In this document: positions 1 through 9,978 of the stretch, piece after piece
Position numbering within the stretch: position 1 is the first letter of the stretch
Layout of the letters: the number at the start of each line of letters is the position of its first letter
NCBI RefSeq assembly: GCF_000006765.1
Contig: NC_002516.2
DNA length: 64,000 bases
From: Pseudomonas aeruginosa PAO1
GTDB taxonomy: Bacteria; Pseudomonadota; Gammaproteobacteria; Pseudomonadales; Pseudomonadaceae
Direction: 5' to 3' (one strand)
Made by a program: the position numbers and the translations under genes
The notes under the pieces: model-generated
What the model was told of the DNA's origin: nothing
Seen by the model: only the letters and a program-made list of their open reading frames with translations
Database searches by the model: none

Positions 1-613
1 CCCCACCGCGCTGGTGCTGTCCTGCGAACCGACCTTGCTGATGCGCTGGCTGATCCCGCGGATCGCCGGATTCATGCAGGAACAGCCACGACTGTCGATC
101 CAGCTGGTCGCCGGCGGCGGGCCGTTCGCCTTCGGCCACGGCATCGACCTGGCGATCCGCCGCAACGACTTCCTCTGGCCGCCCGGCAGCCATGCCCACT
201 GGCTGTTCGACGAGCAGGTCGGGCCGGTCTGCCGGGCGAGCGACGTCGAACGGCATTTCCACCTCGATGCAGGACCGCCCGGGCTTCGCGCCGTCGCACC
301 GCGCCTGCACACGGCGACCCGCCCGCAAGCCTGGAACACCTGGACCCGTCTCGCCGGACAGGCGCCGGCGACGACCGAAGGGCAGCGCTTCGAGCACTTC
401 TACCTGAGCCTGCAGGCGGCCGGCGCCGGACTCGGCGTAGCCATCGGCCCCTGGCAACTGGTGCGCGACGATCTGTCCGCCGGCCTGCTGGCGGCGCCGC
501 TGGGATTCCTCGCCGACGGCAGCAGCTATCACCTGCTGACCCCGCGACCGTTGCAGGCCGGAGAGCCTGCCACGCTGCTGCTGGAATGGCTGCGCCGCAG
601 CGCGGCGGCCTGA
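1..613 (+). CDS. LysR-family transcriptional regulator, C-terminal substrate-binding domain (5' end outside window)
   Basis: Frame is open to the window edge. GcvA-like motifs DLAIR, FEHFYLSLQAA, GLGVAIGPWQLVRDDL. Confidence 0.88.
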   Translation, partial: PTALVLSCEPTLLMRWLIPRIAGFMQEQPRLSIQLVAGGGPFAFGHGIDLAIRRNDFLWPPGSHAHWLFDEQVGPVCRASDVERHFHLDAGPPGLRAVAPRLHTATRPQAWNTWTRLAGQAPATTEGQRFEHFYLSLQAAGAGLGVAIGPWQLVRDDLSAGLLAAPLGFLADGSSYHLLTPRPLQAGEPATLLLEWLRRSAAA

Positions 614-623
614 TGCGGCCCGC

Positions 624-1214
624 TCAGGGCCAGGCGCGCAGCGCCCGTTCGACCACCGCCAGCAGGCGCTCGCAAGGCACCCGGTCCTTGGCCTGCACGC
701 TGAGGCCGAACAGCACGGTGGCATAGAAGGTCGCCAACTCCTCCACGTCGGTGTCCGCCGCCAGGTCGCCGTCAGCGATGCCGCGCCGCATGCGCTCACG
801 GAACAGGCGGATCGACTCGCCGCGCTCGGCGCTCAACGCGTCCCGCACCGCCTCGCTTTCCGGGGTTCCGGTCAGCGCCGCGAGCACCACCAGGCAACCG
901 CGCGGGAACTCGTCGGAACAGAAGCGCGCGACGGTCTCGCGGAGCAGCTCGGCCACGCCCTCGCGGGCGCTCGGCGCGCCATCGAGGACATCCCGGCGAT
1001 AGCGGCCGTGCTGGCCGAGATAGTGGGCCAGGGCTTCGCGGAACAGCCCTTCCTTGCTGCCGAAGGCGGCGTACAGGCTGGGCGGCCTGATTTCCATCGC
1101 CTCGGTCAGGGCCGCCAGCGAAGCGCCTTCGTAGCCACGCACCCAGAACACGTCCATGGCTCGCTGCAGGGCTGTGTCCCTGTCGAATGCCCGTGGCCTG
1201 CCTCGCGTTGCCAT
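624..1214 (-). CDS. cifR: TetR-family epoxide-responsive repressor CifR
   Basis: N-terminal TetR HTH (RGRPRAFDR...PPSLYAAFGSKEGLF). 196 aa from ATG 1214, divergent from morB-MFS-cif. Confidence 0.93.
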   Translation of the reverse strand: MATRGRPRAFDRDTALQRAMDVFWVRGYEGASLAALTEAMEIRPPSLYAAFGSKEGLFREALAHYLGQHGRYRRDVLDGAPSAREGVAELLRETVARFCSDEFPRGCLVVLAALTGTPESEAVRDALSAERGESIRLFRERMRRGIADGDLAADTDVEELATFYATVLFGLSVQAKDRVPCERLLAVVERALRAWP

Positions 1215-1228
1215 CCTGACCTCCATTA

Positions 1229-1298
1229 TTTGTATCGATCACTATAAATTTACTTGACGAGCGTTGCCATCGCCATATTATTTAGCGACCGATACAGA
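1229..1298. promoter_or_regulatory. Two candidate CifR operators and the morB operon promoter
   Basis: Imperfect palindrome TTTGTATCGATCACTATAAA (1229-1248). Related site TATTTAGCGACCGATACAGA (1279-1298) matches 15/20 to the reverse complement of site 1. TTGACG-N16-TATTAT at 1254-1281. Confidence 0.65.
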
Positions 1299-1339
1299 TA
1301 TTCAAGCCATCTCCCTGCCGCCTTCGAAAGGAAAAGACC

Positions 1340-2449
1340 ATGTCCAACCTGCTCCTCTCCCCGCTCGCCGTAGGCAACCTGGCCTTGCGCAACCGCATTG
1401 TCATGGCGCCGATGACCCGCTCCCGGGCGCAACAGCCGGGCGACGTGCCGACCGCCCTGAACGCTCTCTACTATGCGCAGCGCGCCGGCGCCGGGCTGAT
1501 CGTCAGCGAGGGCACGCAGATTTCCCACCTCGGCCAGGGCTACGCCTACACCCCCGGTATCTACAGCGAGGCGCAACTGGCCGGCTGGCGCCAGGTCACC
1601 GAGGCGGTGCACGCCGCCGGCGGACTGATCGCCGCGCAGCTCTGGCATGTCGGGCGCATGTCGCATCGCTCGCTGCAGGCCGGCGGCGAGGCGCCGATCG
1701 CGCCCTCGCCGATCCAGGCCAAGGCCCAGGTGTTCATCGCCGATGGCCAGGGCGGCGGATCCATGGCGCCGGCCGACGCGCCGCGGGAAATGACCCTGGA
1801 AGACATCCGCCGGGTCCGCGACGAATTCGTCCGCGCCGCACGCAACGCGCTCGACGCCGGCTTCGACCTGGTCGAGCTGCATGGCGCCAATGGCTACCTG
1901 ATCGACCAGTTCCTCGCCAGCGCCAGCAACCGGCGCAGCGATGCCTATGGCGGTAGCCTGGAGAACCGCGCGCGGTTCCTGCTGGAGATCGTCGACGCGC
2001 TGGTCGCCGCGGTCGGTGCCGAGCGCGTCGGCCTGCGCCTGTCGCCCTGGGGCACGATCAACGACATGCACGACGACGAGCCGGAAGCGATGACCCTTTA
2101 CCTCGCCGAAGCCCTGCAGCGACGCGGCATCGCCTACCTGCACCTGGCCGAGTGGGAATGGAGCGGCGGCCCGGCCTACCCGCAAGGCTTCCGCGAGCGC
2201 CTGCGCGAACGCTTCCGCGCGCCGCTGATCGTCTGCGGCAATTACGACGCCGAGCGCGCCGAAGCGATACTCCAGGCCGGACTGGCCGACGCGGTGGCGA
2301 TCGGCCGGCCGTTCATCGCCAACCCCGACCTGGTCGAGCGGATCCGTCTCGGCGCGCCGCTGGCCGAGGCCAACCAGGCGCGGTTCTACGGTGGCGACGC
2401 TGCCGGCTACACCGATTACCCGACCCTCGGCCAGTCCGCTACGGCCTGA
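1340..2449 (+). CDS. morB: Old yellow enzyme family flavin oxidoreductase (morphinone reductase)
   Basis: RNRIVMAPMTRSRA, ELHGANGYLIDQFL and RTD/RSDxYGGSLENRARF motifs; 369 aa. Confidence 0.93.
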   Translation: MSNLLLSPLAVGNLALRNRIVMAPMTRSRAQQPGDVPTALNALYYAQRAGAGLIVSEGTQISHLGQGYAYTPGIYSEAQLAGWRQVTEAVHAAGGLIAAQLWHVGRMSHRSLQAGGEAPIAPSPIQAKAQVFIADGQGGGSMAPADAPREMTLEDIRRVRDEFVRAARNALDAGFDLVELHGANGYLIDQFLASASNRRSDAYGGSLENRARFLLEIVDALVAAVGAERVGLRLSPWGTINDMHDDEPEAMTLYLAEALQRRGIAYLHLAEWEWSGGPAYPQGFRERLRERFRAPLIVCGNYDAERAEAILQAGLADAVAIGRPFIANPDLVERIRLGAPLAEANQARFYGGDAAGYTDYPTLGQSATA

Positions 2450-2514
2450 TTCCCTTCCCTCCCATGCATCGTTCCCGGGCGCGGCCACGGCTGCGCTCGC
2501 GGAGGAGTCTTGCC

Positions 2515-3693
2515 GTGCTATTGCCGATCCTCCTGCTGGCCGCCGCCGGCTTCACCATCCTGACCACCGAGTTCGTCATCGTCGGCCTGCTCCCGGCACT
2601 TGCCGCAGACCTCCAGGTCAGCGTCGCCCAGGCCGGCCTGCTGGTCAGCCTGTTCGCCTTCAGCGTCGCCGCCTTCGGTCCGTTCCTCACCGCCGCGCTG
2701 GCGGGCGTCGAACGCAAGCGGCTGTTCGTCGCCTGCCTGCTGCTGTTCGCCGCGGCCAATGCGCTGGCCGCCGTGGCCGGCGATATCTGGACGATGGCCG
2801 TGGCGCGCTTCGTCCCGGCCCTGGCGCTCCCGGTGTTCTGGGCCATGGCCAGCGAAACCGCCGCGCACCTGGCCGGCCCCTCGCGCGAAGGGCGCGCCGT
2901 GGCGCTGGTGTTCTTCGGCATCGTCGCCGCCACCGTGCTTGGCATTCCCATCGGCACGCTGATCGCCGACGCCTGGGGTTGGCGCCTGGCATTCGCCGCA
3001 CTCGCCGCGCTGGCCCTGGCCAAGGCGCTGCTGCTGGCCGCCTGGCTGCCGCGCATTCCCGGACGGCCGGGCATCTCGCTGCGCAGCCAGGCGAGCGTGT
3101 TGCGCCAACCGCTGGTGCTCGGCCACCTGTTGCTGTCGCTGCTGGTCTTCACCGGCATGTTCACCCCCTACACCTACCTGGCCGACATCCTCCAGCGCCT
3201 GGCCGGCTTCAGCGGTTCGCTGGTCGGCTGGACGCTGATGGGCTTCGGCGCGGTAGGCCTGCTCGGCAACTGGCTCGGCGGGCGCCTGGTGGATCGCAGC
3301 CCGCTGGGCGCAACCCTGCTGTTCGTCCTGCTGATGGCGCTGGGCATGCTCGCCCTGGTGCCGACCCTCGGCAACGCCTGGCTGCTCGCCGCCACCCTGG
3401 CGACCTGGGGCGTGGCCCAGGCAGCACTGTTCATCGTCGGCCAGGTGCGGGTGATGAAGTCCGCGCCGCGGGCCCCGGCGTTCGCCGCCTCGCTGAACAT
3501 CTCCGCCTGCAACGCCGGGATCGGCATCGGCGCCCTCGCCGGCAGCCGGGTGATCGACGGCAGCGGCCTGGCGCCGCTCGGCGAGGTCGGCGCGCTGGTC
3601 TGCCTGGCGGCGATGGCCGTGGCCCTGCTGCTGATGCTGGCGCCACGCCAAGCTGCCACCGAGCCGTCCCTCGGCGGCCAAATCCCTCACTGA
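2515..3693 (+). CDS. MFS transporter (DHA1/AraJ-like)
   Basis: About 12 hydrophobic segments, TTEFVIVGLLP motif. GTG start with GGAGGA at 2501-2506; 392 aa. Confidence 0.88.
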   Translation: MLLPILLLAAAGFTILTTEFVIVGLLPALAADLQVSVAQAGLLVSLFAFSVAAFGPFLTAALAGVERKRLFVACLLLFAAANALAAVAGDIWTMAVARFVPALALPVFWAMASETAAHLAGPSREGRAVALVFFGIVAATVLGIPIGTLIADAWGWRLAFAALAALALAKALLLAAWLPRIPGRPGISLRSQASVLRQPLVLGHLLLSLLVFTGMFTPYTYLADILQRLAGFSGSLVGWTLMGFGAVGLLGNWLGGRLVDRSPLGATLLFVLLMALGMLALVPTLGNAWLLAATLATWGVAQAALFIVGQVRVMKSAPRAPAFAASLNISACNAGIGIGALAGSRVIDGSGLAPLGEVGALVCLAAMAVALLLMLAPRQAATEPSLGGQIPH

Positions 3694-4674
<981 letters not shown>

Positions 4675-4693
4675 GTCGTCCCGGTCCGGGCGA

Positions 4694-4825
4694 TCAGAAC
4701 TGCTCGCCCGGGCAGAACAGGCAGCGCAGCAGCAGGGTCATGAGCACGACAGCGCCGGAAACCAGCAGGTAAGGCAACGGGGAGAACAGGTCGTCCTGGT
4801 CCTTGCCATCGTGCTCACTACTCAT
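4694..4825 (-). CDS. Putative 43-aa single-pass membrane small protein
   Basis: MSSEHDGKDQDDLFSPLPYLLVSGAVVLMTLLLRCLFCPGEQF with GAGGTG Shine-Dalgarno just upstream of the ATG. Confidence 0.5.
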   Translation of the reverse strand: MSSEHDGKDQDDLFSPLPYLLVSGAVVLMTLLLRCLFCPGEQF

Positions 4826-5282
4826 GCTCTCACCTCGAGAATCGTCATGGCGGAAAAGACGCAGGATATGCACTTGCCGTCCTTGAAAGTGCACGGCGAA
4901 GTGTTCGAAGACTATAGAAACGAAGCGATCGAGTTCAATTACATCTGTGTCAGCTTGCTGTCGGCAAAACGTCAGCGGAAAGACAACGGAATATATTTCC
5001 CGATAATGCTTGGGGGTCAGCCGCGCCCCGCCCCAGGCTCTGCCGGCGTGGCGCGAGTGCCGGGGCGAAGGAAAAACCAACTTACAATGATCCCGACCCG
5101 GAATTATTCCGCCAAGTAGCTTCCGTTTCGGAAAAAAGCGACTCGCAGCACTGTTTCGGTGCAATAACGTCACATTTGAAAGTTTCGATTAAGTTTTCCG
5201 TTATCGATTATCCATAAATACGTTTGATCGCTCTCCGGACGTTTCATAGATTGCACGCCTTGACTCTCTGCGAGGCATTCCC

Positions 5283-5864
5283 GTGACGCATCCAGCGACC
5301 GTCTACAGCCTGTCCACCCGCCTGCTGCACTGGAGCATGGCGTTCTGTTTCATCGGCGCGATCGTGCTGGCCTATTTCGTCATCTGGGTGCTCGGCCACG
5401 ACCACCCGCAGCGCCTGCCGGTACTCAACCTGCACTGGGTGCTGGGCCTGCTGGTCGGCCTGCTGCTGGTCCCTCGGATCGTCTCGCGGCTGCGCGGGCC
5501 GCGCCTGCCAGCGGTCCCCGGGACGCCGCTGGAGCACCGCCTGGCGCACTACGCGCACCTGTCGCTGTATGCCTTGATGCTGGTGATGCCGCTCACCGGC
5601 TACGTCGGCACCCGCCTGCCCACCGACTTCGGCCTGTTCGTGGTACCCAGCTTCAAGGACACCGCGCTGTTCGCCTGGATTTCGCAAACCTTGAACCTGA
5701 GCTGGGAGGCATTCGAGAAGCCCTTCGACGCCGTTCACCGCGTGGTCGGCCTGTGGCTGAGCACCTCGGTGGTGCTGCTCCATGCGCTCGCCGCCGGCTA
5801 CCACCAGTGGGTCCGCCGCGACGGCACCCTGGAGCGCATGCTCGGCCGTCGCCAGCGCCGCTGA
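5283..5864 (+). CDS. Cytochrome b561 family membrane protein
   Basis: RLLHW, NLHWVLG, AHLSLY and LHALAA heme-ligating His in TM segments; GTG start after GAGG. Confidence 0.88.
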   Translation: MTHPATVYSLSTRLLHWSMAFCFIGAIVLAYFVIWVLGHDHPQRLPVLNLHWVLGLLVGLLLVPRIVSRLRGPRLPAVPGTPLEHRLAHYAHLSLYALMLVMPLTGYVGTRLPTDFGLFVVPSFKDTALFAWISQTLNLSWEAFEKPFDAVHRVVGLWLSTSVVLLHALAAGYHQWVRRDGTLERMLGRRQRR

Positions 5865-6019
5865 GCGGGGCCCTTCGTCGGCTCTCGCGGCGGATCGGCG
5901 ACGATCTGCTATAGAGGTAGGGACACGCAGGGAAAACCTCGCCGCCCCGAGGCTCCTCCGTGGCAACCACAGGCGTCGCGCAGGTAGCCGGGTCGGCCTC
6001 CGACAGAGAGGAGCATGCC

Positions 6020-6268
6020 ATGGCCAGCCTGCACTGCCAGCACCGCAGCTACACCATCACCGCCGACGTCGTCGAGCATCCGGGCATTCCCACGCCCTGG
6101 GCCGGCGGCTGCCACATCACCGATCCCGAAGGCCACACCAGCAAGCGCATCGCCCTGCCCGTGCGCTTCGCCTTCCTCGCCGACCTGGAAAACGCCCAGC
6201 GCGCCTCCATCGCCCACGGCAAATGGCTGGTGGACCAGCGCCTGGACCGCGGCAAGGCGCTGTTCTGA
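6020..6268 (+). CDS. Hypothetical protein (82 aa)
   Basis: GAGGAG RBS at 6008-6013, GC3-rich codons, followed by a hairpin. Confidence 0.75.
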   Translation: MASLHCQHRSYTITADVVEHPGIPTPWAGGCHITDPEGHTSKRIALPVRFAFLADLENAQRASIAHGKWLVDQRLDRGKALF

Positions 6269-6278
6269 AGCGCACAAC

Positions 6279-6305
6279 GAAAACGGCCCTCGCAAGGAGG
6301 GCCGT
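6279..6305 (-). terminator. Intrinsic terminator between convergent genes
   Basis: ACGGCCCTC/GAGGGCCGT 9-bp stem; A-tract on the left gives a U-tract on the minus strand. Confidence 0.7.
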
Positions 6306-6323
6306 CGTTCATCGCGGCGCGGC

Positions 6324-7853
6324 TCAGGCGCTGCCGGCTTCAGCGGTTTCGCTGCGCCGTCGCGGCGGCGCGCCATGGCTGTCGTCGCCGGCCAGCGGCA
6401 CTTCGTTGCCCTGGGCGTCGTACAGCTTGCCGTCGAGGAAATAGTCGCCTTCGTGCAGGGCGGCGATGTCCTGGTAGCGCAGGGTCCGCTCGCTGGCGGC
6501 GACGAACACCGACTGCTGGTCGGAGTTGCCGGCGGTGAAGTGGTTGAACGCCAGGTTGAGCAGGATCGCCATGATCGCCGAGGAACTGATGCCGGAATGG
6601 AAGATGGTGGCGAACCAACTGGGGAAGTGATCGTAGAAGGTCGGCGCGGCGATCGGGATCATACCGAAGCCGATCGAAGTGGCGACGATGATCAGGTTCA
6701 TGTTGTTGCGGTAGTCCACCTTCGACAGGGTGCGGATGCCGCTGGCGGCGACCGTGCCGAACAACACGATGCCGGCGCCGCCGAGCACGGCGGTGGGCAC
6801 CGCGGCGATCACCCGGCCCATCACCGGCAGCAGGCCGAGGATCACCAGGAACAACCCACCGGTGGCGACCACGTAGCGGCTCTTGATCCCGGTCACCGCC
6901 ACCAGACCGACGTTCTGGGCGAAGGCGCTCTGGGTGAAGGAGCCGAAGATCGGCGCCAGCATGCTGGAGAACATGTCCGCGCGCAGGCCGTTGCCCAGGC
7001 GCCGCGAGTCGACCTTGGTGTCGATGATCTCGCCTACCGCGAGGATGTCCGCCGAGGTTTCCACCAGGGTCACCATGATCACGATGCACATCGAGATGAT
7101 CGCGGCGACCTGGAAGGTCGGCATGCCGAAGTGGAACGGCGTGGGAAACGCCACCAGCGGGCCTTCGGTGACCTTGGAGAAGTCGGCCATGCCGAGGAAC
7201 ACCGCGATGACGGTGCCGATGACCATCGCCAGGAGGATCGACAGGCGCGAGATCGAGGCGCTGCCGAGCTTGCTCAGCAGCAGCACGATGACCAGGGTGA
7301 TCGCCGCCAGGCCGATGTTGGCCATGCTGCCGAAGTCCGGCGCGTGGCTGTTGCCGCCCATCGCCCAGCGCGCGGCGACCGGCATCAGGGTCAGGCCGAT
7401 GGTGGTGATGACGATGCCGGTCACCAGCGGCGGGAAGAATTTGGTGATGCGCGAGAAGATCGGCGTGATCAGCAACCCGATCAGCGAGGCCGCCATCACC
7501 GCGCCGAGCACTGCGGGAATGCCGCCGCTGCCACCGCTGCCGATGATCGCCACCATGGTCGCCACGCCAGCGAAGGACACCCCCTGGACCAACGGCAACT
7601 GACAGCCGAAGAACGGCACGCCGAGGGTTTGCAACAGGGTCGCCAGGCCGCCGGCGAACAGCGAAGCGGCAATCAGCAGGCCGATGTCGCCGGGCGCGAG
7701 GCCGGCGGCCTGGCCGAGGATCAGGGGGACCGCGACGATACCGCCATACATGGTCAGCACATGTTGCAGGCCGTAGGCCATGTTGGCGCCGACACCGAGG
7801 TTCTCGTCTTCAGGCCGTGGAACGGGTGGGGTTCCGGAGGACGTCGTTTTCAT
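6324..7853 (-). CDS. Nucleobase:cation symporter-2 (xanthine/uracil permease family)
   Basis: QHVLTMYGG and FAQNVGLVAVTG signature; 509 aa, multi-TM. Confidence 0.92.
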   Translation of the reverse strand: MKTTSSGTPPVPRPEDENLGVGANMAYGLQHVLTMYGGIVAVPLILGQAAGLAPGDIGLLIAASLFAGGLATLLQTLGVPFFGCQLPLVQGVSFAGVATMVAIIGSGGSGGIPAVLGAVMAASLIGLLITPIFSRITKFFPPLVTGIVITTIGLTLMPVAARWAMGGNSHAPDFGSMANIGLAAITLVIVLLLSKLGSASISRLSILLAMVIGTVIAVFLGMADFSKVTEGPLVAFPTPFHFGMPTFQVAAIISMCIVIMVTLVETSADILAVGEIIDTKVDSRRLGNGLRADMFSSMLAPIFGSFTQSAFAQNVGLVAVTGIKSRYVVATGGLFLVILGLLPVMGRVIAAVPTAVLGGAGIVLFGTVAASGIRTLSKVDYRNNMNLIIVATSIGFGMIPIAAPTFYDHFPSWFATIFHSGISSSAIMAILLNLAFNHFTAGNSDQQSVFVAASERTLRYQDIAALHEGDYFLDGKLYDAQGNEVPLAGDDSHGAPPRRRSETAEAGSA

Positions 7854-7870
7854 GGTGCGCTGTTCTCGCT

Positions 7871-7931
7871 TTTATTGTTGTGCGCACACTGTAGACAATT
7901 CGATCCGAAAATATCCAGACAAATGTATACA
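7871..7931 (-). promoter_or_regulatory. Candidate Hfq/Crc CA motif and GntR-type operators of the permease
   Basis: Minus strand CAACAATAAA about 18-27 nt before the ATG. TGTATACA palindrome at 7924-7931 and variant TGTAGACA at 7890-7897. Confidence 0.5.
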
Positions 7932-8281
7932 AAATTTCCGACAAATCTGTGACAGCGCTGGTGCCAGCCACTTCCGCTCGCGCGCTTATCCGCGCGCCAG
8001 ACGGTTTCCTTCCTGCTGCACCATCCTCCCAGCCCCGACCAACGGCCATGGGCCCGCGCCGAAGGGCATTAACGATAGAAAGCCGCCCTCCATCCCGCCA
8101 GCGAGCTATCAGCAATTCTTCCACAAAAAGTTGATGAAATTCACATTTCAGGAATTACGCCAGGACAGCCCGGAAAGCGCTCCTAGTCTGGCAGTCAGGC
8201 CGTGCCCGAGGCGGCATTTCGGGCAATAGCGCCATGCCATCAACGGCTTATCGATCATCGCCTCACAAGGAACGGAGTCTC

Positions 8282-9892
8282 ATGAGCAACAAGAACAATC
8301 TCAGATACGCACTCGGCGCCCTCGCCCTCTCGGTTTCCGCCGCATCCCTGGCGGCACCTTCGGAAGCGCAACAGTTCACCGAGTTCTGGACGCCCGGCAA
8401 ACCCAACCCGTCGATCTGCAAATCGCCGTTGCTGGTCAGCACCCCGCTTGGCCTGCCGCGCTGCCTGCAAGCCAGCAACGTGGTCAAGCGCCTGCAGAAG
8501 CTGGAGGACATCGCCAGTCTCAACGACGGCAACCGCGCCGCCGCCACGCCGGGCTACCAGGCCTCCGTCGACTACGTGAAGCAGACCCTGCAGAAAGCCG
8601 GCTACAAGGTCAGCGTGCAGCCCTTCCCGTTCACCGCCTACTACCCGAAAGGCCCGGGTAGCCTGAGCGCCACCGTGCCGCAGCCGGTCACCTACGAATG
8701 GGAGAAGGATTTCACCTACCTGTCGCAGACCGAGGCAGGCGACGTCACCGCCAAGGTGGTCCCGGTGGACCTGTCCCTCGGCGCCGGCAACACCTCCACC
8801 AGCGGTTGCGAGGCGGAAGACTTCGCCAACTTCCCGGCCGGCTCGATCGCGCTGATCCAGCGCGGCACCTGCAACTTCGAGCAGAAGGCCGAGAACGCCG
8901 CGGCCGCCGGCGCCGCCGGGGTGATCATCTTCAACCAGGGCAACACCGACGACCGCAAGGGCCTGGAGAACGTCACCGTGGGCGAGTCCTACGAGGGCGG
9001 CATCCCGGTGATCTTCGCCACCTACGACAACGGCGTGGCCTGGTCGCAGACCCCGGACCTGCAGTTGCACCTGGTGGTCGACGTGGTACGCAAGAAGACC
9101 GAGACCTACAACGTGGTCGCCGAGACCCGTCGCGGCAACCCGAACAACGTGGTGATGGTCGGCGCGCACCTCGACTCGGTGTTCGAAGGCCCCGGTATCA
9201 ACGACAACGGTTCGGGCAGCGCCGCCCAACTGGAGATGGCCGTGCTGCTGGCCAAGGCGCTGCCGGTCAACAAGGTGCGCTTCGCCTGGTGGGGCGCCGA
9301 GGAAGCCGGCCTGGTGGGCTCGACCCACTACGTGCAGAACCTCGCCCCGGAAGAGAAGAAGAAGATCAAGGCCTACCTGAACTTCGACATGATCGGCTCG
9401 CCGAACTTCGGCAACTTCATCTATGACGGCGACGGTTCCGACTTCGGCCTCCAGGGTCCGCCCGGCTCGGCCGCCATCGAGCGCCTGTTCGAAGCCTACT
9501 TCCGCCTGCGCGGCCAGCAATCGGAAGGCACCGAGATCGACTTCCGCTCCGACTACGCCGAGTTCTTCAACAGCGGCATCGCCTTCGGCGGCCTGTTCAC
9601 CGGCGCCGAGGGCCTGAAGACCGAAGAGCAGGCGCAGAAGTACGGCGGCACCGCCGGCAAGGCCTACGACGAGTGCTACCACAGCAAGTGCGACGGCATC
9701 GCCAACATCAACCAGGACGCCCTGGAGATCCACAGCGACGCCATGGCCTTCGTGACCAGTTGGCTGTCGCTGTCGACCAAGGTGGTCGACGATGAGATCG
9801 CCGCCGCCGGCCAGAAAGCACAATCGCGGTCGCTGCAGATGCAGAAGAGCGCCAGCCAGATCGAACGCTGGGGTCACGACTTCATCAAGTAA
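8282..9892 (+). CDS. lap: Secreted M28 aminopeptidase PaAP with PA domain
   Basis: Signal peptide, PA domain (IALIQRGTC), GAHLDSV, GINDNGSG, WGAEEAGLVGS, C-terminal ERWGHDFIK; 536 aa. Confidence 0.95.
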   Translation: MSNKNNLRYALGALALSVSAASLAAPSEAQQFTEFWTPGKPNPSICKSPLLVSTPLGLPRCLQASNVVKRLQKLEDIASLNDGNRAAATPGYQASVDYVKQTLQKAGYKVSVQPFPFTAYYPKGPGSLSATVPQPVTYEWEKDFTYLSQTEAGDVTAKVVPVDLSLGAGNTSTSGCEAEDFANFPAGSIALIQRGTCNFEQKAENAAAAGAAGVIIFNQGNTDDRKGLENVTVGESYEGGIPVIFATYDNGVAWSQTPDLQLHLVVDVVRKKTETYNVVAETRRGNPNNVVMVGAHLDSVFEGPGINDNGSGSAAQLEMAVLLAKALPVNKVRFAWWGAEEAGLVGSTHYVQNLAPEEKKKIKAYLNFDMIGSPNFGNFIYDGDGSDFGLQGPPGSAAIERLFEAYFRLRGQQSEGTEIDFRSDYAEFFNSGIAFGGLFTGAEGLKTEEQAQKYGGTAGKAYDECYHSKCDGIANINQDALEIHSDAMAFVTSWLSLSTKVVDDEIAAAGQKAQSRSLQMQKSASQIERWGHDFIK

Positions 9893-9936
9893 CCGCGACT
9901 ACCCTGCGCCGGGCCGCCGGCGCAGGTTCCCCATCC

Positions 9937-9965
9937 AGGCCCGGCTCATCCACCGGGCCTTTTTT
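9937..9965 (+). terminator. Intrinsic terminator
   Basis: AGGCCCGG/CCGGGCCT stem followed by T-tract. Confidence 0.75.
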
Positions 9966-9978
9966 CATCGGCGCGCGA

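Noticed and set aside
1250-2488. 412-aa antisense ORF over morB, and similar long antisense ORFs (2518-4605, 6015-7952, 8255-9877, 14732-17026, 17033-19759, 26743-28356)
   Set aside because: Mirror frames of high-GC3 genes lack stops by chance; no motifs or RBS.
4811-5119. 102-aa plus-strand ORF and the long 159-aa minus version in the AT-rich spacer
   Set aside because: Atypical codon usage, no SD, no recognisable domain; only the 43-aa C-terminal part is supported.
5158-5177. Possible Vfr/CRP site ending TCACATTT
   Set aside because: Only one half-site matches at the correct spacing.
9903-9926. REP or IS-end-like inverted repeat CCTGCGCCG/CGGCGCAGG
   Set aside because: A single copy in the window with no transposase or target duplication; probably an mRNA 3' stabilising hairpin.
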